Shown in pieces: positions 53,786-64,000 of a stretch of DNA of 64,000 bases. The DNA is from Octopus vulgaris (lineage: Eukaryota). Every line of letters starts with the position of its first letter. Position 1 is the first letter of the stretch. The stretch is from contig OX597819.1 in assembly GCA_951406725.2 (NCBI GenBank), positions 89,094,001 through 89,158,000 on the forward strand, read 5' to 3'. The notes beneath the pieces are model-generated. The model saw only the letters and a program-made list of their open reading frames with translations. It had not been told where the DNA came from and did no database searches. Made by a program: the position numbers and the translations under genes.

Positions 53786-54022
53786 TGGGCATATGGCGTA
53801 GTGGTTAAGAGCATGGGCTATTAACCCCAAAATTCTGAGTTTGATTCCAGGCAGTGACCTAAATCATAATAACAACAACATTGAAAAATACCTTAGGAAT
53901 GAGAACCCAGGTTCGAAATTTCCCCAAGACACCTGATGAAGGCTGGAGGGTATATCAGCCGAAACGTTCTGTTAACAACAAACAAGATGAGGACAAATAT
54001 CCATCAAATGTAAATAATGTAT
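53786..54022 (+). mobile_element. tRNA-headed SINE-like element (family E) carrying a hammerhead motif
   Basis: Head tggcgtagtggttaagagc (A box) ... gagtttgattcc (B-box-like); HHR at 53928-53973; a short inverted sequence overlapping its tail lies upstream at about 53742-53776. Confidence 0.7.
53928..53973 (+). ncRNA. Minimal type I hammerhead motif
   Basis: gacac-CTGATGA-a-ggctg(gagggtatat)cagcc-GAA-ACGT-T-ctgtt. Palindromic ACGT stem III (dimer type); one stem I mismatch. Confidence 0.7.
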
Positions 54023-54024
54023 AT

Positions 54025-54179
54025 ATGTCTTCCCTTCCTTGGACCTTTCCTTTTTCTATGTTTCTGACGAAGAGCTCGGTTCGAAACGTTAAATCCTCCT
54101 TCTTTCTTTCCTTTCCTGAGTGTCCAATAATACTATATTTGTTCCACGTCCTCGTGTTTTCTCTTTGTCATGTTTGAAT

Positions 54180-54183
<4 letters not shown>
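54025..54183 (+). mobile_element. pLTR-like element ending in (TA)n
   Basis: Contains the HHR at 54060-54094; pyrimidine-rich tail ends in aac(TA)n. Confidence 0.6.
54060..54094 (+). ncRNA. Minimal type I hammerhead motif
   Basis: gttt-CTGACGA-a-gagc(tcg)gttc-GAA-ACGT-T-aaat. Confidence 0.7.
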
Positions 54184-54219
<36 letters not shown>

Positions 54220-54659
54220 CATATATGTCTTTGTGTCCAAACAAATAAGACTTATTAAATTAATTTAGAACTAAATCTTCATAATCCAAATCAAATGTGC
54301 TACTATTTACACATCCACAAATAAGAAGCTCAATGAAGACTATAGATCAAACTTGTAAATATTAAATTTGTTTCATCTCTTAAGATGTCCAAATTATAAC
54401 CATAATAACAATTCATCTGAGACAATTATTCATTCCGTTTATCTCAAACATATTAATTACTAACAGCAATGTAAACAGGTGTGCAGAATAAAAGTATGTT
54501 GTCTCAAAACAACAGTTAACAACGAATGTGAACTCCAGACCTTTTAACTCCAGACCTTCAACATAATCACATCCACTCAGTGTATTTCTATTCCAGCTTA
54601 GGTAATTAATCTCCTACTGAGCATGTTGAACTAATAAGGTTTGTTTACTTATCTATTTC

Positions 54660-55065
54660 CAGAAGCTCACTTTGCAACCATGTATTTTGGTTTCGGTCTC
54701 ACTGCACAGCAGCTTGGCTGAGTGTCTTTTACTACAGCCCTGGGTCAACCAATGCTGGATAAATGAATTTAGTAGACACTAACTTTGTGGAAACTGGTTG
54801 GATGGATGGATGGATAGACAGACAGACATGTGTGTGCATGTGTGTCTGTGTTAGTCACACACACATCCTTGCCTATCACTTGTCAACCAGTGTCGGTCTC
54901 TTGACATCTCTGTAACTAAACAATCCAGCAAAAGATATCGTTAGAATAAGTACTGCATTTAAAAAAGGAAAATAAAGACTGAAGCTGATTTGTTCAGCTT
55001 AACCCTTCAAAGTGGTGCCCCAGGATGACTGCAGTCCAGTGATTGAAACAGGTACAAGATAAATG
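54660..55065 (+). mobile_element. SINE family A (old, diverged)
   Basis: Head and tail recognisable. Confidence 0.7.
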
Positions 55066-55089
55066 ATATAAATGATATATGATATCATA

Positions 55090-55304
55090 TGAAGGTGTGC
55101 TGAAAAGTTCCTGACTTTGAGTAAAAGAAAATACAGGAGGATCAGTAAATGATGATTTTATTCAACATATCCCCCTCTCAGGTTCACACACTGTTGCAGC
55201 AGTCCTTCAGTTTTTCTAAGCCCTGTAAAAGAACTCTGAAGGTTAGACCTCTAACCAGGCTTTTCGCAATACTCTAAAGCCAGGAACTTTTCAGCATACC
55301 TTCA
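55090..55304. mobile_element. mariner-type MITE
   Basis: TA|tgaaggtgtgctgaaaagttcctgacttt ... aaagccaggaacttttcagcataccttca|TA; ~29-bp TIRs with TA TSD. Confidence 0.9.
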
Positions 55305-57384
55305 TATGAATAATGGTCTGGAATTTACAAGGTAGCTGTTTGACTACTTGGAGCACCAGGACTGAAACCCCACAAACAAAAATAGTCAGAAGAAAATGGA
55401 TAAAACCCATGATCAAATACCAAACACAAAATGGAAACAGTGAAAGAAAAAAAATATCCATGTAGCATCAAACTTCTTTCTGCCTTCAAAACAATATTAC
55501 GTCTCATTTTGTTTATGTAACCTAACCAGAATTATATCCTTCAACACTAACCCTGTATTTCATGTACACATACCATAGCGATGTAATGGAATTCACAATT
55601 CTCCATGTTATATGAAACAAAGAGTGATGTTGAACAAATTCAAAGCATTTTCTTACAAATCCTGTAGACAAGGTTTTCTGTTTCACCTTTCTCCAATAAC
55701 ATACCAAGATGTAAATCTTTTTTTAATTAACTGTTGACAAATCAAAAATCTTTTCATTTTATTTCTTTTTTTAAAGATTGTTTAATACATTTCCAAAAGT
55801 TCTTTTTCATTTTTTTCATTATATTTTTTCTATATTGTTTTTAGCTTTTATTTTCTAATATATGAAGATACATTACCTTCAAATTAAACATTTTGTGGAT
55901 CATTATACTTATATTTTTCATTACTGCTTCTTTTAAATTTGTATACATTGTATTTCATTGTTTTCATTTTGTTACTTTCTTCTTTTTTTTTTTTTTGTGT
56001 TTCATTGAACTCATCAGAAAATTCAGCCAAGAGGGTTATTTTCTGATGAAAAATCAATCAATATCACTTTATTTAAAAAAAAAATCTAAGCAAATGAGAA
56101 TAAAAAGAAAACATAATACTTAACATGACACGAATCAGTCCTGTCAATAGAAATATCTTTGTTATTTATTTGTATCATCTACGTAAAATAAAGTGATCTC
56201 AAAGATTTTATTTAATATATATTTTTAAATAGTCTCGTACATACCATACATGTGTAAATCCAAATGTATGTATGTGTATGTATGTGTGTGTATATTATAT
56301 ATATATATATATAGATAGATAGATAGATGGAGAGAGAGAGAGAGAGTATATATATAAAGTGTTTGTGTGTCTAAATATATATATATGTAGATATAGTGTG
56401 CGTATATGCATACAAAGCTTTTGGTTTGTGTGTGTATTCCTTATTTTAAGCCTATATGCAGGTATACTTGGCTGTCTATCTCAATACATCACACACACAA
56501 ACAAAACTATAAGTGAGAAGGCAAGGAGAAAAACACACTTGTCCACATGCAAGTTTTATCACTTTAAAATCAAACTGTTTAAAGAAGTGATTTAATTTAC
56601 TCTTTTATTAATATCATTTTTTTTTCATCTGAACAAATAAAATAATATTTGAAAATGAAATATAAAATGATAAATAAACAAAGTACTGAAATAGATTATA
56701 AAATGAAGTACATAAAAATAAATCGTAAAATTACACATATTAAAAGTAATTTCTTTTGGCATCAATGAATTAAGAAAACAAAAACTACAAAAGTCATTTT
56801 TTTTTTCAAAAATGAAACCATGAATACTATAAACCAATATATTGCAGACCAATGGGGGAAAAAAAAAAAAAAAAAACATTTCATTGGCATCATCTCTCAC
56901 TTTTGCACTCACACACACTTTCAAATTTCCAATCCCTACTAAACACACAAAAGCTTAACTTAAAACCAAATCCTTGTGCAAGCCACAGATAACTGAGATA
57001 AGGGAATGCTTAGTCCACACACCATGCACACATAGCATAAGACATGCTATCATTCATTTCTATGGTACTAAGTGTTTGGAAAGGGAAAACACTCTCTCTC
57101 TCTCAATTAGCATTTAATCTATCAATATTTATTAACTAGAGTCAAGTACCTTGTCTAAGATCACAATGCAAACTCCAGATACTGAATAAAGGGTGGGAAT
57201 GATTTCATTCTTGCATCAGACAAGCGCCCCAATATTGCTTCTAAAATTTGTTCAGTGCCTTTTCTGTATTACTAATGAAATCAATAATATTAATCGCTCA
57301 CTGATGGATATTTCTTATTAAGAATAAATCAGCTGATCAAGTCAATATGTTGACTAAACTCACACAGTAAGAATGATGCAATAG

Positions 57385-57797
57385 AAGCTTGCTTCCCAAC
57401 CACATGGTTCCAGATTCAGTCCCACTGCATGGCATCTTGGGCAAGTATCTTCTACTATAGCCTTGGGCCGACCAAAGTCTTGTGAGTGGATGTGGTGAAC
57501 AGAAACTGAAAGAAGCCCATTACATATATATATATGTATATATATCTATGTGTGTGTCTTTGTGTCTGCATCTGTCCCCCCACCAACCACCATCATTGCT
57601 TGACAACCAATGTTGGTGTGTTTATATCCCCATCCCCGTAACTTAACGATTCGGCAAAAGAGAGTGATAGAATAAGAACTAGACTTATAAGGAATAAGTC
57701 CTTGGTTCGACAGCTTTGATTAAAAACCCTTTAAGGTGGTGCTTCATCATGGCCACAGTCAAAATGACTGAAACAAGTAAAAGAAAAATAAAAGAAT
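57385..57797 (+). mobile_element. SINE family A
   Basis: Near-complete match. Confidence 0.85.
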
Positions 57798-57814
57798 ACA
57801 TATATGTGTATATA

Positions 57815-57861
<47 letters not shown>

Positions 57862-58114
57862 TGTTGTCTAAGAATGCCGAAGTCAGGAAAATCTGCACTC
57901 GTCCCAGCATAGAAAACAGACATTAAATGATGATGGTGATGATATTTATCAGTAGAGAGCGTTTATTAATCAATGTTTACCATATTACATTACTTAACTG
58001 AACTGTTATCCCATATTCGATTATTTAATATGCAATGCAAAACCAATTGGTAAGTCTGGCTGAAATGGATCTATGATATTGTGCACTTTAACACACACAC
58101 ACACCCACACACAC

Positions 58115-58545
58115 ACATCATCATCGTTTAGCGTCCGCTTTCCATGCTAGCATGGGTTGGACAGTTCAACTGGGGTCTGGGAAGCCGGAAGGTTGCACCA
58201 GACTCAGTCTGATCTGGCAATGTTTCTACGGCCGGATGCCCTTCCTAACGCCAACCACTCTGTGAGTGTAGCGGGTGCTTTTTACGTGCCACCGGCACAG
58301 GTGCCAGACGAGGCTGGCAAACAGCCACGATCGGATGGTGCTTTTTACATTCCACCGGCACGGGGGCCAGGCGAAGCTAGCAATGGCCACGAACAGATGG
58401 TGCTTTTTATGTGCCACCGGCACGAGGCCAGTCGGGGCAGCGCTAGCAACGGCCACGTTCGGATGGTTCTCTTACGTGCCACCGGCACTGGTATCAGAGC
58501 TGCAATTTCTATTGATGTTGATCGATTTCGATTCTCACTTGCCTC
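58115..58545 (-). mobile_element. Family C element with four ~63-bp internal tandem units
   Basis: ggtgctttttacgtgccaccggcac recurs at about 58275, 58337, 58399 and 58465. Confidence 0.85.
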
Positions 58546-58914
58546 ACACATATATATATAGCTGTGAGCAGACTTGGTATATGGAAACTGAAAGAAGCCT
58601 ATCATACAATTATATGTGTGTGTGTAAGTGAGTTTGTATTTCTCAAGTCTATATGTGTGTTCGTTTGCTGGTTTGTAAGCAGTAGCTTCATTAATGGCGT
58701 CATTTACTTGCAGTCCACCCTGAAAGCATGTCCAGGCTTCTTGACATAACTTGTAACATTGCATAATCTTTGTAAATAAAAATACTCATGTTGGTGTTGC
58801 ACCTGGAGACAGGTGCGAGTTGGCATCAAGGAGAGCATCCAACTGTAGAAAATTCTACTTTAATATACTTTGCATTAAAAATGATGATTATGATGGTGAT
58901 ATATATTGGCTCAC

Positions 58915-59079
58915 ACTTCATTTTATCAAACTCAAAATGATGAAAGTCAAGGATGACCGTGGCAGGATTTGAACTCAGAACACTAACAGTGAAGACAAAA
59001 GCAACAAAACATTTTTACCAATGTTCTCACAGTTCTGGGAGTTCACCACCTTATAATTAGGCAACAAATTTCAGAATCT

Positions 59080-59110
<31 letters not shown>

Positions 59111-59328
59111 TGATTTGATGCAATACCAGGCAGTGGCTCTCTTAACTGATTGGAGACTTGTTGATTACATCAACCCCAGTGTTCAACTGGTACTTATTTT
59201 ACCGACCCCAAAAGGATGAAAGGTCAAGTCGACCATGGCAGAATTTGAACTCAGAACATAGCGACGAGCAAAATACCACTAAACATTTCATCAAGTGTGC
59301 CAACGATTCTGCCATCTCACCACCTTTG

Positions 59329-59368
<40 letters not shown>

Positions 59369-59630
59369 TGATGATGGCAATAATAATAATAATTTCAAAT
59401 TTTTTCCACAAGGGCAGCTTGTGGGGAGGGGATTAAGTTGATTACATTAACCCCAGTGCATAAGTGGCATTTATTTAATCAACTCTGAAAGGATGAAAGG
59501 TAAAATCGACCTTAGCGGAATTTGAACTCAGAATGTACCAAAAGGTGAAATACCACTAAGCATTTTGCTCAGCAAACTAACGATTCTGCCAGCTTGCTGC
59601 CTTTGATAATAATAATAATAATAATAATAA
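58915..59630 (-). mobile_element. Tandem SINE family B copies separated by (AAT)n
   Basis: Three gaatttgaactcagaa...ttctgcca units. Confidence 0.8.
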
Positions 59631-60251
59631 TATGTTGAACCCAAAATCTATTAAAGCACCTGAAATAGGAAAAGGTTGAAAACATAAGGTGAGATTAACT
59701 AAAATGATATTTTATCTGAATTATTGAAGTTCTCTGAACACTAAAAGGAAGTGGGTTACAGAAAATAAACAAGTTGTAGAGGAACAAAAATAAAAAAATA
59801 AAAAATAAACAGCTAAGAGATGGTTAAGAAGAAGAAAATGAACAAGAATAAAGAGTGAGGAGCAGAAAGAAGAAAGAGAGCAATGCAAGCTGAATAAAAT
59901 CTTAACTCAAAGAATCAATCAATAAATGGTGAACGTCTCTCATTATTGGCAATATATTTCAGGTAGATTGAAAAAGATAAATCTTAGTCTAAATAATAAC
60001 AGTCATCTCAAGACGCAAAATTCAAAACCAGTTAGTAATTTAGAGAGTTCTATAGATATTTCTATATTTCATTTCATCATAATGTTTATATTTTTCTTTG
60101 AAATTTTTCTCTCTCTCTTCCCCTACCCATCAACCTCGGCGTTTTTCCTGTGCAAAACTTCATCAATAAGTTTAAAGAAAACTTTGAAAAATCTCTAGGG
60201 AAATCAGCTAATACAATGTAATAACATACTTGTTTCACTCTTTCCCTTCCG

Positions 60252-60310
<59 letters not shown>

Positions 60311-60552
60311 AATCTCATATGTGGAGCACTAACTTCGAAAGTTTAAAGTTTTCACTTACAACAAATTTTGAAGAATTCTTAATAAACTAAGTATTTTGTA
60401 TGAAAAACTATTTACTTTTATACCAAAATTATCCACTACCCTACCACTTTTTTTTAACACATTATTATTAATAAAGAATGCTGCCTTAGAATAATGTTAG
60501 AAAATAATTTGTGGTGTCTACACATTTCTAATAACATATACTGCAGTATTGT

Positions 60553-61340
60553 GAAGGCATGTAGCATAGTTGCTGGGGGTGTAGCATTCACAATCACAGG
60601 GTCGTGGTTTCAATTCCTGGACCAGGCAGTGCATTGTATTGGGTTGTCCAGAAAGTTCATGCTAATTTTAAAGGCAAGAAAAATGTCAATAAAAACTTTC
60701 CATTACATTTTTAATCAACCAAATATGAACCATTTTGTTGCACAATGCATCTCCATCTTTCCTTTAACTTGAAAATACCCTCTTCCCAGAATTGAGGTGG
60801 TTTCATGGCAAAGAATTCATCAAGGTATCTTTTTACGTCATCCAAGGAATTGAAATTTTTACCATTAAGACTATTCTGCAGAGACCTGAATAAGTGGAAA
60901 TCCGAAGGAGCAATATCTAGTGAATATGGAGGGTGGGTTAACACATCCCAGCTGAGCTGCAGCAATTTTTGTCCGGTTCTCAAAGCATCAAGTGCCGAAA
61001 ATGAACTTTCTTATCTTCCATTTTAAAGGGTTACAAAATTAACACAGGTTATAGGAACATAAACCTTCTTCCACGAAAAGATAGCTTAAATTGTGCTCTA
61101 AATGGAGGTGTAGTCAAATCCTATTTTATGGACTCAACCATGTTCTAAAATAAGTTGAAATGTAAGCTACTATAAATCGGCATGAACTTTAAAGACAACC
61201 CAATATTCTTGGACAAAACATTTAATTTCTCATTGTTCTGTGATCACTTTGACATATGGCACATCCTGTGCAGGTTGTTTAGCAAGAAGTTGTGGAACCT
61301 TCATCAGTTGTTTACAACAGGAAAGTCCACTACATTGCAG
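60553..61340 (+). mobile_element. SINE family D-like, interrupted by a mariner
   Basis: Head ...ttcctggaccaggcagtgcattg|TA; resumes at ttcttggacaaaacatttaatttc after 61205. Confidence 0.7.
60639..61203 (-). mobile_element. Internally deleted mariner (DD34D) transposon
   Basis: TIRs ttgggttgtccagaaagttcatgc / gcatgaactttaaagacaacccaa with TA TSDs. N-terminus MEDKKVHFRHLML (ATG at 61021) is joined to the C-terminal HPPYSLDIAPSDFHLFRSLQNSL...NGSYLVD (60711-60983). Confidence 0.93.
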
Positions 61341-61419
61341 TAAGAGTGATGCCATGGCAGAAATGGTAAGAAACAGACAAAATACATTAAAGAATATAGC
61401 TGTTTTTGTTACACCTAGA

Positions 61420-61650
61420 AATGCATGGCTTAGTGGTTAGGGAGTTGGACTCATGATTATACGATTGTAGTTTCAATTCTTGAACCGGGTGATGCTTTGT
61501 ATTGTTGAGCAAAACACTTCATTTCACATTGCTCCAGTTCACTCAGATGGCAAAAATGAGTAATCCTTTGAGGGACCAGCATGCCATTCAGGGAGAAATA
61601 TATACAACAAAAAACCAAGAAAGTGACCCTATGCACCTTACAGAATAACA
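61420..61650 (+). mobile_element. tRNA-derived SINE, family D
   Basis: gcatggcttagtggttagggagttggactcatgat...ttgagcaaaacacttcatttcac. Confidence 0.8.
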
Positions 61651-61967
61651 TACACTAACCAAGAGTTCAGATCTTACCGGAGTCCATTTTGCCGTTCACC
61701 CTTACTGAGGAGAGCAGATTGGATAAATTAATAATCAATCAAATATTGTAGCTGATCTAATTCATTATACATACACCTATCCAAAAATTGTGGTTTTGTA
61801 TACAGTCCAAGTAATACTATGTTTGAGAGAAGTTGGGATCAGCCTAGCTAGAATGTTTTTGATCATAAGTCTACCCGGACAACACAAAGACCCAGTTAAA
61901 ATTCAACATACAAGTGTGTGTGTGTGTGTGTGTGTGTATTTATACATCATTCTTTAGGCCATAAGAT

Positions 61968-62290
61968 GGAATTCAAGATTAGCTGTCTGCGAGGAACTCC
62001 TACATTTTAATGACCTAGTTATCAAAGCTGACTCAATTCAAAGAATTAAAAGAATTAGGATAAGTTCCAAATATAGGTGCAGAATCTTAGAATCAAATAA
62101 TCTAAACATAAACCTAGCAAAGATAAAGGTCTTATGCAGCAAGAGAGAATACTGAAATCTATTGCCATCTGGAAAATAACCAAACTCAATATAAAGAAGT
62201 ACAGCTTGGGTATACAGTGAAAACCCTAAGCTGCAGGATCTTGGGTCGGCTGACAGAGGAAATTAGCACATAGCAGATGTACAAGGGCGG
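61968..62290 (+). mobile_element. Decayed RTE LINE RT fragment
   Basis: EFKISC/ELLHFNDLVIKADS (degenerate ELLYADDL) ... LESNNLNINLAKIKVL ... PSGK*P ... GRLT, read across frameshifts. Confidence 0.65.
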
Positions 62291-62378
62291 GTAGCAGAAA
62301 GAGTACCTATGAATATTAATGACTTGTAGGGATGTGGTGTTTCATTATGCAACCATAATATACTATAAAGTATATTAA

Positions 62379-62655
62379 ATCATCATCATCATCATCGTTT
62401 AACATCTGTTTTCCATTCTAGCATGGGTTGGATGGTTTGACCGGGGTCTGGGAAGCTAGGAGGCTTCTCAAGGCTCCAGTCTGATCTGGCAGTGTTTCTA
62501 CAGCTGGATGCCCTTCCTAACGCCAACCGCTCCGTGTGTGCAGTGGGTGCTTTTTACATGCCACCGGCACAGGTGCCAGGGGAGGCTAGCAACGGCCACG
62601 ATCGGTTGGTGGTTTTTACGTACCACCGACACGGAAGCCAGTCAAGGCGGCGCTG
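62379..62655 (-). mobile_element. Family C element
   Basis: (CAT)n then cgtttaacatctgttttccattctagcatggg. Confidence 0.85.
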
Positions 62656-62843
62656 GCTTATAAATCAATACCATGGTCTACAGTGTTAGCAGTGCATTTT
62701 ACATCACTTGTTAGAAATTACAGCCAGCATTGAATTTTGTTACATTTTGTATCCGAGATGTCAGATGTAAACAAACAACATAATTGGTATGTCTAATAAT
62801 GTTACACTGTTGCATTTAGTGACTATTTAAGCAATGTGTTCAT

Positions 62844-62908
62844 GGATGATTAAGGGTGCTGATGAAGGAGCAAAAACTCCCGAAACATGGCATATATGCT
62901 CATTATCC
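62844..62908 (+). ncRNA. Type I hammerhead motif (partly degenerate) inside a 37-bp inverted repeat
   Basis: ggatgat-taa-gggtg-CTGATGA-aggag(caaaaa)ctccc-GAA-ACATGGCATAT-A-tgctc-attatcc; stem I has a 3-nt bulge. Confidence 0.6.
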
Positions 62909-63006
62909 TTTTACCATCTTTGATCTCATTGTTTGTTTACATCTGATGTCTCAGATACTAAATGTTGTTACAAAAATCAGTGCTAATTTCTATAGAATAT
63001 CTATAA

Positions 63007-63374
63007 CAATCATCATCATTATCCAGTGTTTAAATCTGGGTTTTGTCTCTATTAACAGGGGTGACAGGATCTACCTCAATGCCAGAGCAACTACCCTCAC
63101 ACCATCTCACCATCTTGCCCGGTTTTAGGCCTCCTCCTTTTTCAAACCAACCCTCTCAATCTCCTCTTCCACCTGTACTCTCCACCTTTTCCTTGGTCTG
63201 CCTCACTTTTGTGCTCCGTTTACCACAAACACAATCACCCTCCTCAGAACATGCTCTTCATCCCTCCTCAACACATGCCCATACCACATCACTCCATTCC
63301 ACTGATTCCTCCAATCCCAGCATTCTCATCAAATCCTCAGTCCTCCTCTTATCAAACAGCTTCACTCCACACAT
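63007..63374 (-). mobile_element. RTE LINE 3' end
   Basis: MCGVKLFDKRRTEDLMRMLGLEESVE / WYGHVLRRDEEHVLRRV...GRPRKRW, then a short UTR and a (GAT)n tail. Confidence 0.9.
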
Positions 63375-63590
63375 TTCTAATTTCTTTACTGCCCACAAGG
63401 GGCTACACACAGAGGGGACAAACAAGGACAGACAAATGGATTAAGTCGATTATATCGACCTCAGTGCATAACTGGTACTTATTTAATCGACCCCGAAAGG
63501 ATGAAAGGCAAAGTCGACCTCGGCGGAATTTGAACTCAGAACATAGCGACAGACAAAATACCACGTGCTAACGATTCTGCCAGCTTGCCG
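63375..63590 (-). mobile_element. SINE family B (young)
   Basis: Near-identical to 39629-39859. Confidence 0.9.
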
Positions 63591-63644
63591 TTACTTTCTC
63601 AGTTCTTCTCAACAAGTACCTATGAATTCTTTGAAATGTTTAGA

Positions 63645-63720
63645 CAGTGGCATAGCTAGGGTAAACCATGCCCAGGGCCAGCCACAAAAATGCGCTTGCC
63701 ACCTCCCCCATTTACAAAAT
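63645..63720. mobile_element. Possible hAT terminal sequence
   Basis: cagtggcatagctagg followed by a GC-rich subterminal region; no partner TIR seen in the window. Confidence 0.4.
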
Positions 63721-64000
63721 CTACGATATATAGTACTTATTTGTTACAAGTAATTAATGTTTTAAAGCAATATTTTAGGAATAAATACTATACCAGGGTT
63801 CATTTACCTGCCAGTTTGGTACAGTCTGTAACTCAAAATATATTTTTTGAACGCTTACTTTTACGAAACTGCTTTATTTTAACCGTTTAATGCACCAGCT
63901 TCCCCGAATGGAACAGTAAAAGACCTAATGTGTGAAATGAGGTGTAATAAAAAAAAAATACAACTGTTTAAAGTTTCATTTTTCTTGCTTTTGATGAGGC

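Noticed and set aside
53786-53857. Functional tRNA gene
   Set aside because: No proper acceptor stem or terminator; it continues into a repeat body, so it is a SINE head. The same applies to the other tRNA-like heads.
55574-55661. Possible 88-nt minus-strand exon (GFVRKCFEFVQHH...)
   Set aside because: AG/GT sites are present, but the polypyrimidine tract is weak, there is no homology, and the phase does not match the 37769 exon.
55998-56049. Hammerhead-like CTGATGA-gttcaat-GAAA on minus, and a 12-bp inverted repeat
   Set aside because: Stem II cannot close, and there is no UH site or stem III.
58275-58490. CRISPR-like repeat-spacer pattern
   Set aside because: The spacers are homologous to each other, the array lies inside a retroelement, the context is eukaryotic and there are no cas genes.

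Overview
This is AT-rich eukaryotic non-coding DNA dense in microsatellites. Its SINE repertoire points to a coleoid cephalopod, most likely Octopus (inferred from recognised repeat types, not from a search). I found no intact, recognisable host protein-coding gene: nearly all long ORFs in the track are translations of (CA/TA/GA/GAT)n repeats. The window is a patchwork of mobile-element remains: several tRNA-derived SINE families, RTE and R4/Dong LINE fragments, a Penelope-like RT fragment, a decayed AcademX transposon, an internally deleted mariner, and mariner, Tigger, hAT, piggyBac and Helentron-type non-autonomous elements. A few weak candidate exons lie on the minus strand. The most notable signal is at least seven type I hammerhead ribozyme (HHR) motifs at about 5.9, 43.5, 53.5 (two, as an inverted pair), 53.9, 54.1 and 62.9 kb. 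Most of them sit in short non-coding elements with Penelope-like (pLTR) architecture, several inserted into (TA)n tracts. One element has a tRNA-like Pol III head fused to the HHR, making it a candidate Penelope-mobilised ribozyme SINE. Repeat boundaries were read by eye and are approximate unless TIRs or TSDs are quoted.
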